Positions 23,095 to 34,731 of a stretch of DNA of 64,000 bases are shown piece after piece. Position 1 is the first letter of the stretch. Each line of letters begins with the position of its first letter. Under the pieces are notes generated by a model. It made no database searches. It saw only the letters and a program-made list of their open reading frames with translations, and was not told where the DNA came from. Source of the stretch: Macrostomum hystrix (taxonomy: Eukaryota > Animalia > Platyhelminthes); contig CATNEN010000014.1 in NCBI GenBank assembly GCA_950097015.1, positions 744,001 to 808,000 on the forward strand, given 5' to 3'. The translations under genes were made by a program, and so were the position numbers.

Positions 23095-24830
23095 AGTGAA
23101 CAGCGCCGAGGGAGTAAGGTCAAGGCGAGGCAATGGCGAGCAAATAGAACAAAGCGGGGAACAAAGCCCCACAGGGGTGCGAGAGTATATTTTTAGCAAT
23201 ATTGTTATAAAACAGTGGTAAGATTAGGAAGTAAAAAAAGGCATGGATAAGGATAAAAAATTGAGCACGCGAGGGCGAGACAAAGCAGCCTGCCCTGAGG
23301 CCCGCGCCCGGCGCTAAAAACACCCCCAAGGGTTGGGGGTGGGGCAGCACAAGCGCATACGCGAGAGAGAGCGGTCGATAAAGGCGGCCCTCCCCCGCCG
23401 CGTTCACTAACCCGGAGTAGCTACGCTACTCTCCACTTAGTGAACAGCGCCGAGGGAGTAAGGCAAAGGCGAGGCAATGGCGAGCAAATAGAACAAAGCG
23501 GGAAACAAAGCCCCAAACACCAAAAAGGAGGAGTAAGCAGTTAGAAGGTTAGGCTTGGGCGGCATCCGCAAAGGCCTTCAAAACACGCCGAGAGCCACCC
23601 GAGAGCGGCAGGTAGCGCAGAACGGCATTGCTGCGCCAGCCACCCAGCTGCTTCACGTCCTCAACGGTGAGCCCCGCTTCGAAAGCGTGGCAGGCGCCAC
23701 CCCGTCGCATTGAGTGGCCGGAGAACTGGCTGGAAGGCACTCCCGCATCGTCGAGGGGGCGGCGGAGGAGCCGGTTGAAACCTGCAGCTGACATTGTGCG
23801 CCGGCCCTGGCCGGAGCGGAAGCTGAACAGTGGCCAGTCGGGTGTCTTGGTCGAGCAGATGCTGTTGGTGCAGAGATGCTGCGCGAGAGCCTCCGTCGGG
23901 CAGAGCGGGTGACCTCTAGCCAGTCGCGGCAGACGGACGAACTGGTCCCGACGCCCCAGTTGGTTGGTCTTGGACGTCCGGATGCGGAGCTGGACTCCGT
24001 CTCCGTGCCATCGCAAGTCGCTGGCGCGGGCCAGGGAGCGCGGTGAGAACAGGTTAGCGCACCTAAGCAGAGTGATCTTGGCGTCTCTGAACACGTCTGG
24101 CAGGTGAAGGGCGCACAGCAGAGGAGCGAGGGCCTTTTTGAAGTTAATGTGGAGCTCGCTGAAAACTGCGCCCGCATCCAGCTGCCAATTCACGTAAAGC
24201 CAATCGATGATGCAGTTCTCCCGGATGACGCAGCATGCGCCCTCGAGGCAGGAGTCGGACTCTATGATGATCCGGCGGTAGAAATGCGGCCAGATAGGGG
24301 CGCTGAAGAGGGTGGAGACCGCTTGCCTCCACCAAGCCAGGTTGTGCCTTAGGTCGTTGGATACCGGTATGCGGCCTCCTTTACGCCGATCGCAGAGCTG
24401 CAGCAGGTCGCGAAGAAAAGGGCGCGCACGCTTAGCTACGGTGCAGAACCAGCTTAGTTTACCGCACAGACGTTGAAGCTTCTTGCTCGTGATGGTGCTG
24501 CTTGCGTCGCAGTCTCGGATCAGCTCAGTCAGGGCCAGACGCTTGTCATCAGGCAGGTTCATCTGACCTGTAAGCGTGTCGAGCTCGACGCCCAGGAAGA
24601 CAAGCCGCTGGCTGGGCGGGATGACCTTCTTCCAGTTGACTTCCAAGCCGAGCTCCTGGACCAGATTTAGCAGGCGCTCATAGGCCTCTGAACACTCGCT
24701 ATGGGTCGGGGCCGTGACGGCCCAGTCGTCTATATAACCGCAAATGCCGCTGACGCCACTGCGCTGCATGGCGCGGGTGATGGCCTGCGATAGCCGGTTG
24801 AAGTGGTATACGGACGCTGCAGCCCCATGA
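23095..24830 (-). mobile_element. Ngaro-type tyrosine-recombinase retroelement, 5'-truncated, with RT/RNase H fused in frame to YR by an internal deletion
   Basis: YIDD, FLGVELD, RNase H ESD; YR HSMRRGG, LGGWRS, VLRY; split direct repeats of 76 bp at 23095-23170 and 23439-23514 flanking a unique segment (B-A-B layout); hairpin GTTCACTA/TAGTGAAC at 23402-23445. Confidence 0.85.
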
Positions 24831-24868
24831 TGAAAAAATTCCATCAAATGCCAGTTTTCATTCGAATA

Positions 24869-27128
24869 TCTATATATATAAAAGTGAAAACTCTGTCTGT
24901 CTGTCTGTCTGTCTGTGTGCAACCTTTTGTCTTTATAGACGCCGAAACCGCTCAACCAAATCGCACCAAACTTTGCACATACCTAAAACCACCTACGCTG
25001 AGTGCAATAGGCTACTCAAATTCCCGAAAAATCATTTCCTTCCTGCTCAAAAGTGCAAAAAACTGCTCAAAAATCGTCAAAAAATCACTCAATTCGACAT
25101 ATCGTCGCCCCACTTTGTTAGATTTTCTCCAAATTTGATCCACTTACACTTTACATGTTTTCCAACAATGCTGTCAATTTTGAACATCTCTACTCAATCC
25201 AGAGCAAAGCTGCCTCATCTCAAAGTGAGTCACTTTTTGTTTTCCGAGGACAGCCACCCCAACTCCCCTCCGCCACTCTGCGGGCCAAATTTTATTACAG
25301 CCACCCCCTCCCTTTCCCGGGCGCCGAAGCCCCAGACTGTACATTGTATTTCAAGCCGTGAATGTACACAGCCCAAACCCCTAGACTGTCTACTGGCCCC
25401 CAAGCAGCACTAATACTGAGTGCGGTGAGTGCGGTGGCGTCCCAGTGCGCAGGGCTCTCCGGTCGATATTTCTCTCCAGCCAGCCTGGGATAGAAGAAAG
25501 AGAGAGGCTGGCGATCAACTGATGGGTGGTGTCACTCTGCTGCTGTCTGGAGACTTTAGACAGACGCTGCCTGTGATTCCGCGTGGCACTCCTGCTGATG
25601 AGATTAATGCTTGCCTAAAATCATCTCACCTGTGGCCATCGGTTGTGAAGTTGCACCTACGAACAAACATGAGAGCTACAATTCAAGGAGACGAAACAGC
25701 TCATGAGTTCTCTGCCAATCTATTGCGAATCGGCAATGGTCTGCTGGAGATTAGCACCGAGGATGGGCAGTCATCGATCGCTACAATCGGAACCATTGGG
25801 CAGTCAGTGCAGGAGCTCAAGGCAAAAGTTTACCCGAACCTGATGGTTCGATATGCTGACGTTGACTGGCTGTCAGAGAGGGCAATTCTGTGTCCTAGAA
25901 ATGATGCCGCCAACGAAATTAACTACCAACTGCTTCAGGAGTTGCCAGGTGCAGTTTTCACCTACAAGTCAATTGATACAACGTTGACTGATGACACCGC
26001 TGTGGAGTATCCTGTTGAGTTTCTGAACTCTCTAGATCCTCCTGGAACTCCATCGCACAACTTGCAGCTGAAAGTTGGGGCACCAATTATGCTCCTCCGC
26101 AACCTGAATGCGCCAAGGCTGTGTAACGGCACCAGACTGATAGTCAGGCGGCTCTTCCCACACGTGATTGAGGCCACGATAATGACTGGATCTGGCAGAG
26201 GAGAGTCTGTGTTCGTTCCCCGGATTCCAATTATCCCCACGGACCTGCCATTTCAGTTCAAGCGACTGCAGTTCCCTGTGAGAGTGTGCTTTGCGATGAC
26301 TATTAACAAGGCTCAGGGACAGTCGCTGAAGGTGGCTGGCATCAACCTGGAGACTCCTTGCTTCTCGCATGGGCAGCTTTATGTCGCCTGCTCCCGTGTT
26401 GGAACTCCAGCTGGCCTATTCATTTTCGCACCAAGGGGAAGAACGAAGAATGTGGTGTATCCCCAGGCCTTGAGGTGACTCGCAAGCAATTAATAGAAAA
26501 GTAGTCACGAATTGACCTTGACCTGTCTAACTCTAAACTCTGAAACAGTTTAATTTTGTTTCTTTGACATTGTTATTGTTATGCCATGGCTATTTTCCTT
26601 ATGTATACGCGTGTACATGCATACTGTATACAGAGGCAGATTTAGGGGGGGGGGCGGGGGGACAGTCGCCCCCCTAAATTTTAATCATGGGAATAAGATG
26701 CCCCCACCATGCACCCCCACACCTTTTCGGCCGCTGGCGCCCCTTTTTCAGCCGCTGGCTCCCGTTTTTCAGCCGCTGGCGCCCTTTCTTGGCTCCTGGC
26801 GCCCTTTTTCGGCCGCTGGCACCCCCTCTGTGATTCTCATGGCGCTCCCCTGACAGACCGCCCCAAAACAAAATTCCTGGATCTGCCACTGACTGTATAG
26901 AGGAGTGGCTAAGAGACATGTTTCTAAAGAAGTAATCAAGAGGGGGCTGTTTGGACAAACTTTTCACTTATTTTTTACTTAAAACGCCCTTAAACAAACT
27001 CTTCACTTTTCATTAATGCAGTAAATAAATAAATGGTGACCTTCACTATAAAGTTAATACAGAGACGTGAATTGCTTACTGCTTTGCTTTAAATTTCTGC
27101 CCCAAAAACAACGGGCAAAAAAAGCTAG
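24869..27128 (+). mobile_element. Non-autonomous Helitron carrying a Pif1 helicase C-terminal fragment (~25510-26478)
   Basis: A|TC 5' end (tctatatatataaaa followed by (TGTC)n); 3' hairpin tgccc/gggca then CTAG|T at 27125-27129; SGDFRQTLPV, RAILCPRN, GAPIMLLRNL, CNGTR, MTINKAQGQS, HGQLYVACSRV; no Rep domain. Confidence 0.9.
26631..26891. mobile_element. hAT-type MITE, 261 bp, nested in the Helitron
   Basis: TIRs CAGAGGCAGATTTAGG and CCTGGATCTGCCACTG; perfect 8-bp TSD actgtata at 26623-26630 and 26892-26899. Confidence 0.88.
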
Positions 27129-27189
27129 TAATATATATATATAGATAATATATAATATATAAGCTATATATTATCTGTGGTGTCTCCTG

Positions 27190-27418
27190 TTAGACATGGG
27201 TATCACATGTTAATGACCCTCACCCTCATGGTTTTCACCTGTTAGACCTGTTAGACTTGGGTATCACCTGTTAGACATGGGTATCACCTGTTAGACGTGG
27301 GTATCACCTGTTAGACATGGGTATCAGCTGTTAGACATGGGTGTCACATGTTGGACATGGGTGTCACATGTTAGACATGGGTATCACCTGTTAGACATGT
27401 GAATCACCTGTTAGACAC
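27190..27418. repeat. 20-bp minisatellite (cacctgttagacatgggtat), copy A
   Basis: About 11 units, versus about 28 at 46260-46815. Confidence 0.9.
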
Positions 27419-27427
27419 TATACTCAC

Positions 27428-30400
27428 GTTGTTGACGATTCCAATAATGCTCTGTACCGCATCAATCACAACCGATGAGCTCATGGAGTGCATATTGTAC
27501 TGCAATGAGAAGTGAGCAGCTGGACTATTACTCTAGTAAAGTTATTTTTTGGACCTAAATAAGGCCACAATTATTCACATCGGAAACGCTAATCGTTGCT
27601 AAGGCCCTCTAGTATCCATGGTTACCCCGATGGCAAACAAAATATCTCTTAATTTGCATAACATCTCGCACAGCATTAGAATCTTGAGCAACGAGCAAGC
27701 AAAACAGTTTGCAATATGAAAAACTGTCTTGACCACGTTACTCTAGTCGATTGCCTCGCCTAATGTCTATGGTACACCCACATGACCTGGCCTAATGTCT
27801 ATGGTACACCCACATGACCTGGCCTAATGTCTATGGTACACCCACATGACCCGGCCTAATGTCTATGGTACACCCACATGACCTGGCCTAATGTCTATGG
27901 TACACCCACATGACCTGGCCTAATGTCTATGGTACACCCACATGACCTGGCCTAATGTCAATGCTTCTCCCTCAAGTCTTTCCAAAGCTAGTCGCTACTG
28001 TTATTATATGCTATATTAACATCAAATTATAAATGTTACACTCACAAACCAATAATCAGCGATGATGTAGAGCTGCATAATGAATGGGCCGCCACTACTG
28101 ATCACCTTCCTGCTCAGCTTTATGGACCGGGTCTCGGACTTTGCTAAGCGCCGGTGCCTCTGTATTTGAGTTTTGAACAAGCAAAGGCGAGTAGAATTAA
28201 CGGAATTGATTCAGTCAGTCTGTCTGTGTTAGCTTGATCAGTCCATGGACTGGGTGCCGTCACACTCACTCAAATTTCTATCCGAGCTAATGCTGCTAAT
28301 GCTGCTAATGCGGTTAGGAGTCCGAAGCTCTGCGCCAAAACCTCATGAGCATACGCTTTCAATGTTGGGTCACCAAGAAGCATAGAATTTGCAAAGCTAA
28401 GCCTCATCTATATAACTCTTGATTTTTAACTGGCTAACATGATCAAGCTGAACAGCAAGTTGACACTTGAATGGCACCAGTCATAAATACTTTTGCTATT
28501 CTGCCCCATTCTATCTGTTGGTCAGCTTTATCAACAATGGGAACAGCCATCCATCTGACATTATCCTTAATCCTTGGGATATAGAATAGTGACTCATAGA
28601 ATAATTAGTCACTTTCAAAATTGGGCTCTTGAACTCTATTAATCCAAATAATGGCTTACCTGTAATAAAACGCTGCCACCAAGCATTTTGGTCAGTTGCT
28701 GTGGACTTACTGGAAGTTATGGTGAACCCCATCTACTTATTCATTGAGCATCTCAATATATTTCTAAAGTGATGTAAATGAAAGCAAAAATCATACTCAC
28801 GTGCAGCAATCCGCTTATTCAGCACATCATAGGCCGATTCCAATGCTTGACGCTGCTTCCAACCGACACTTGAAGGATACAAGTTGAGCTGGTACACCTG
28901 CCAGCTTGAGTCACGCAGCCGCATGCGATGCCCGGTGGCTTGAATATAGCCCAGGTGAGTGATGTTGATTGACAGCATGCCACTGTCAATGAGGGTTGGA
29001 TTCAGCTGCCCGGGTAAATGATCTGCATGGCTGTCTGCTCTGGGCTGTCTGTTCTGGGCTGTCTGATCTGGGCTGTCTGTTCTGGGCTGTCTGTTCTGGG
29101 GTGTCTGTTCTGGGGTGTCTGTTCTGGGGTGTCTGATCTGGGCGGTCTGTTCTGGGGTGTCTGTTCTGGGGTGTCTGTTCTGGGGTGTCTGTTCTGGGCG
29201 TCTGTTCTGGGCTGTCTGTTCTGGGCTGTCTGTTCTGGGCTGTCTGTTCTAGAGTGTCTGTTCTGTGGTGTCTGCTCTGAAGTGTCTGTTCTGGGGTGTC
29301 TTTTCTGGACTGTCTGTTCTGGACTGTCTGTTCTGGGCTGTCTGTTCTGGGCTGTCTGTTCTGGGCTGTATGTTCTGGGCTGTCTATTCTGGGCTGTCTG
29401 TTCTAGGCTGTCTGTTCTGGGGTGTCCGTTCTTGGCTGTCTGTTCTGGGCTGTCTGTTCTGGGCTGTCTGTTCTTGGATGTCTGATCTGGGGTGTCTGAT
29501 CTGAAGTGTCACTTTTGACGTGTCTTCTGGGGCGTCTGTTCTGGAGTGTCTGATCTGGGGTGTTTGTTCTGGGTGTCTGATCTGGGGTGTCTGTTCTGGG
29601 ATGTCTTCTGGGTTGTCTGTTCTCGGGTGTCTTCTGAGGTGTCTGTTTTCGGGAGTCCGTTCTGCATAGCTTTCTGTTCTGGGCTGTCTGTTCTGAGGTG
29701 CGTGTGTCTGGGGTGTCTGTTCTGGGCTGTCTGTTCTGGGCTGTCTGTTCTGGGCTGTCTTTTCTGGGGTGTCCGTTTTGGGGTGTCTGTTCTAGGGTGT
29801 CTGTTCTGTGGTGTCTGCTCTGAAGTGTCTGTTCTGGACTGACAGTTTTAGGCTGTCTGTTCTGGTATGTCTTTTCTGACGTGTCAGTTTTGGGGTGTCT
29901 GATTTGGGTTGTGTATTTCTGGGGTGTCTGATCTGGGTGTCTTCTGAGGTGTCTGTTTTCGGGAGTCCGTTCTGCATAGCTTTCTGTTCTGGGCTGTCTG
30001 TTCTGAGGTGCGTGTGTCTGGGGTGTCTGTTCTGGGCTGTCTGTTCTGGGCTGTCTGTTCTGGGCTGTCTTTTCTGGGGTGTCCGTTTTGGGGTGTCTGT
30101 TCTAGGGTGTCTGTTCTGTGGTGTCTGCTCTGAAGTGTCTGTTCTGGACTGACAGTTTTAGGCTGTCTGTTCTGGTATGTCTTTTCTGACGTGTCAGTTT
30201 TGGGGTGTCTGATTTGGGTTGTGTATTTCTGGGGTGTCTGATCTGGGTGTCTTCTGAGGTGTCTGTTCTCGGGAGTCAGTTCTGCATGGCTTTCTGTTCT
30301 GGGCTGCCTGTTCAGGGCTGTCTGTTCTGGGGTGTCTGTTCTGGGGTGTCTGTTCTAGGGTGTCTGTTCTGTGGTGTCTGTTCTGTGGTGTCTGTTCTGA

Positions 30401-32338
30401 GGTGTGTGTATCTGGGGTGTCCGTTCTAGGCTGTCTTCTGGGGCGTCTGCTCTGGGTTGCCTGCTCTAAGGTGTCTGCTCTGGGATGTCTGAACTGCATG
30501 GCTGTCTATTCTGGGCTGTCTTCTGGGTGCCTGATCTGGGGTATCTGTTCTTGGGTGTGTGTATCTAGGGTGTGTGTATCTGGGGTGTCTGATCTGTGGT
30601 GTCTGATCTGCGGTGTCTGCTCTCTGGTATCTGATCTGGGGCTTCTGCTCTGGGGTATTTGATCTAGGGTGTCTGCTCTGGGGTATTTGATCTCGGGTGT
30701 CTGATCTGAGCTAGGTGTCTGTTAATTCTGGTGTGTCTGATCTGCATATCTGTATGTTCTTGAGTGTCTGTTCTGGGTGTCCGTTCTCACCGCAGCAGGT
30801 CAGAGCAGAGTGACACAAGGCCTGGCTGAGTCACATTGCCCAACTGGGCAGTCCCAGACTCAATCGGCCACGCTGAGTAGTGGCACTGAGAGCGATGTCG
30901 CGATTTGGTGGCCTGGGATCGACTCCCCACGATTCGAACTGGGAACTCTTCAGGTCTGGAAAAGTATTTAACAAAGAGCTGCTACAAAGAGGCTTGCAGC
31001 AATAGGTCGTATTCGAGCTTCATCAAAAAGTATAAAAGTGCATTTGTGCTTACCTTCTCACCGCCAGGTAGAATGAGAACCGGCGCAGCGATGGCATAGC
31101 AACAATCTCTAAGACCAAATTTCTGCCGATTTTCTGAAGCGGTAAAATCGAACTCACAATTTTGAAAACAATGAAACAATTTCAAGCCTCCGGTGTGTAA
31201 CAGCTGGCACAGCCTTCTGTCGACAGGGGCAGCCTTCTACTGATACGGCAACCTTCCACGGACAGGGCTATCCACTGACAGGACTACCTTCCACTGACAG
31301 GGCTAACTTCCACTGACAGGGCTACCCTCCACTGACAGGGCAACCTCCCACTGACAGGGCTAACTTCCACTGACAGGGCAACCTTCCACTGACAGGGCAA
31401 CCTCCCACTGACAGGGCAACCTTCGACTGACAGGGCTAACTTCCACTGACAGGGCTACCTTCGACTGACAGGGCTAACTTCCACTGACAGGGCAACATTC
31501 GACTGACAGGGCAACCTTCCACTGAAAGGGCAACCTTTCACTGACAGGGCAACCTCCCACTGACAGGCTACCTCCCACTGACAGGGCTAACTTCCACTGA
31601 CAGGGCTACCTTCGACTGACAGGGCTAACTTCCACTGACTACCTCCCACTGACAGGGCTACCTTCCACTGACAGGGCAACCTTCCACTCACAGGGCAACC
31701 TTCCACTGACAGGGAAACTTCCCAATGAGGCTCAACCACTCAAATCAACAAAGTTTCATATGTAGGCTTCACCTTCTAGCCATTTGTTGGTGCAAGATTT
31801 TAACGCAATGAGGTTAGTAACAGTACGAGTGATGGCATTTGATGGCACAGAACATATGCATCTGTTCCAATTTGCTCATCGTTAACGATTGTGCACACTC
31901 GCTTTAATTTTAGTCCAACAATACCAAATCTCTAAAATGTTTTCTTGCTAAAAGGGTTTAGTTCAATCATTTTAGATTTTACTTACCCGGCTTGGCTGAA
32001 CTTCCTGACCATCGTTGGCCTGAAATGTTCTCATCTTGGCCAGCAAGGTTAATGGCCTGGTTGAGTCCGCTGAAATTGCAGTTGAGAAGGCTAGAAATTC
32101 AGTGGCAATCATTGCTTTTGTAGCTTTCCAGCTTGTATTTTGTAAAATATGCTCGCTAATTACTTTTAAATTGTGTTGTCATTTCAAATAATGCATTTAA
32201 AACTGAGCACACTCAAAATAGTTAAAAGGATTGTGAGTACTCACCGATTGCGCAGTTGGAACACAGCAGGATGATAAATTTAGCTATTAATGTGATACAA
32301 AGAAGGCTATGGAGTTCACTGGCATGACTTATTGGCAT
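27428..32338 (-). CDS. ADAM gene copy A: exons 1-8 only (signal peptide, prodomain, furin site, start of the metalloprotease domain)
   Basis: Exons 32245-32338, 31987-32069, 31054-31133, 30791-30955, 28801-28982, 28660-28709, 28046-28159, 27428-27499; open and in phase; no downstream exons found in the window. Confidence 0.75.
27762..27960. repeat. 32-bp minisatellite (ctaatgtctatggtacacccacatgacctggc), copy A
   Basis: 6 full units, versus 11 at 47153-47515. Confidence 0.95.
29020..30790. repeat. 14-bp degenerate minisatellite (tctgttctggggtg) with a 310-bp higher-order repeat
   Basis: The same block recurs at 29641, 29951 and 30261; the paralogous array at 48600-49420 is about half the length. 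Confidence 0.9.
31215..31725. repeat. 19-bp minisatellite (ccactgacagggctacctt), copy A
   Basis: Paralog at 49850-50215. Confidence 0.9.
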
Positions 32339-34731
32339 GTTTACACAAAAAGTTGTAGCGATTCAACCAGTGGAATAGTCAATCGTCAATATATATAAAA
32401 TTCATGCAATTTGAAACCCGATGTATATAGTTTCAGGATTGGAAAGGCTCATAGACTAAAACAGCGGGCACGGAAAGTCGATTTGTGCCCGCTGCCGGGG
32501 GATTTCGTCTATGTCCAAAGCAACGGAAATATTGCTGCAAAGCCAAGAAATCATTAGAGAGCTGCTATCTATTGTTAAATCCCTGCGAAGGTCTTTTCCA
32601 GGATGTATTTTTACGATAGACACAAAACACCGAGCTAGAATTTTTAGTTTTTCGAGTTGTTTATTTTATATTTCATTCTGGATGACAAAAAACGAGATTA
32701 TGAATATAACTGGAAAACGAAAATTTGCAGGTCTTATTGGTGGGCAACAAGGTAGCTTAGTTTACTTATGTTAGTTTGTTTGTTTCGACTTAAGGTAGAT
32801 CAGTTTTTAGTTATTAACAGTTGGGTTCATCGCATGCATGTAACCAATTTTTTATTATGACTGAGCAGTTATTAAAACTGAAATTCAGCTGACGCTCACC
32901 GCGGACGCTAGCTGCGTCTGTCTCAGCCTCGCGTAGTATTTTAGTGTCCAATACAGCGCAGGAATTGGCGATTTGAATGTCGGACGTCCGCTTGTACGTG
33001 CGGACTCCAGCCAAACTTCGGTGACCTGTTCGTTCCATTATTTGCTGTTCTTCAACGCCAGCTTGGTAAAGACGTGTAGCACATGTAGCGCGTAGACTAT
33101 GATTAGTCTTGTGGCCAGAAATCTCGGCTTCAGTGCACATTTCATGCAGAAACTTTGTCAAGGTGTTTTTGCCAATTGGACGATTCGAGTACCATTGCTT
33201 CTCCGATGGTTGCTTCAGCGGCAGAAGGTAAAATCTATTACTCTGGCTAGGCCTGACTTTCTTAAAAAGCTCGAAAAGCCGAACATGACAACGTTCTGGA
33301 TTGGCTGCATTGGCGAAGTGAAGAACTTCCTTTGGTTTGAAGCGAGTGTCGCGCAATCCACCAGCATTCGTCTTCGTGGCCATCTCTTTGTAAACAATAC
33401 ACTTCTGTCCCTCTCGCTCTTGCACACTGAATTGCGAAATGCACAGGGCACTATGTTCCTCACCGCCACGTAGAGCAAAATGCAAGCCGGTAAGATAAAA
33501 CAAAGCTCTGATCAGACTCGTAGGATCTTTGTCGCCTAACACTTTCTCCCAAAGTTTCTCCTCATCTTCATAGCCAACAACTTCAGCAGATTTCCTGGCT
33601 AGTCCTAAGCCATTTCTTATCCCAATCTTCATGGCGGCGTCCAGACTTTCACGCACAATTCTGAATCGCTCATTGCGAAATACGAGCGTAAATCAACTTT
33701 ACGCACCTTGCAGATAGTTTGTTGCAGACCAGCAACAATTGACACGAGTGTGTTTGGCGGATATTGAGTCCCATCGGCACGGGTAACTTCATGAATGAAA
33801 ACAGGAAGGAATTCGTTTAGCTCATCATCGCTAAGTTCTTGCACAGCACGAATAGAATCGTTGGAACGGCCAGAGCGCCACCTATCAAAGACGCCAGCGG
33901 ACCACTTGTTCCGATTGGCGGTATTGGCAGGCTTTGTCGACTCATTAACTGATCGAACCATATCGATAGTCAAGTCCTTGGGCAGCGTTGATGGACCAGG
34001 TTCTTCACGCGACGACCGCACCTCTTGCAATGCGTAAGGGTTTCGCAAATCTTCACCAGCGTCCAGCAGTAGGTCTAAATCGTCCATCGTAAGCTTATTT
34101 GGATCATATTCTTTAGAATAATCAACTAACGGGTTTAAAATAAGTCTTCGTTCTGCCATTAGTTAAGGGATGTAAACTATAGTGTAACTTTTAAGTACAA
34201 GTTAAATTTGTTTCAGTTAGGCTTTGCTGCTATTTATCTGTCTGATGTCTGTCTTTATAAAATATGTCTATGGTATAGAATGTGGAGGCTTGTATTTTGT
34301 CAAATATGCTCGCTAATTACTTTTGAACTGTGTTCTCATTTCAAATAATGCATTTAAAACTGAGCACACTCAAAATAGTTAAAAGGATTGTGAGTACTCA
34401 CCAATTGCGCAGTTGGAACACAGCAGGATGATAAATTTAGCAATTAATGTGATACAAAGAAGACTATGGAGTTCACTGGCATGACTTATTGGCATGTTTA
34501 CACAAAAAGTTGTAGCGATTTAACCAGTGGAATAGTCAATCGTCAATATATATAAAATTCATGCCATTTGAAACCCGATGTATATAGTTTCAGGATTGGA
34601 AAGGCTCATAGACTAAAACAGCGGGCACGGAAAGTCGATTTGTGCCCGCTGCCGGGGGATTTCGTCTATGTCCAAAGCAACGGAAATATTGCTGCAAAGC
34701 CAAGAAATCATTAGAGAGCTGCTATCTATTG
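32131..34731. repeat. 444-bp direct repeats flanking the Crypton (32131-32574 and 34288-34731)
   Basis: Single copy at 50620-51063 in the paralog; each repeat contains ADAM exon 1 (extra copy at 34402-34495). Confidence 0.92.
32575..34287 (-). mobile_element. CryptonA-like tyrosine-recombinase DNA transposon (ORF 34159-32814, one 1-nt frameshift near 33698)
   Basis: GTQYPPNTL, LHFALRGGEEH, ATKTNAGG, ERCHVRLF, WYSNRPIGKNTL, TNHSLRAT, TGHRS, VRTY; catalytic R, H-x-x-R, H and Y present; DUF3504/ZMYM-like. Confidence 0.88.

Noticed and set aside
24831-24955. N-terminus of the 468-aa ORF 23549-24955
   Set aside because: It reads through the antisense Helitron 5' end and a junction fragment; not part of the Ngaro protein
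28511-28732. Identical small ORFs at 28511-28732 / 48089-48310 and 30982-31185 / 49616-49819 as conserved genes
   Set aside because: Explained by the segmental duplication; they are alternative frames or intron read-through of ADAM exons
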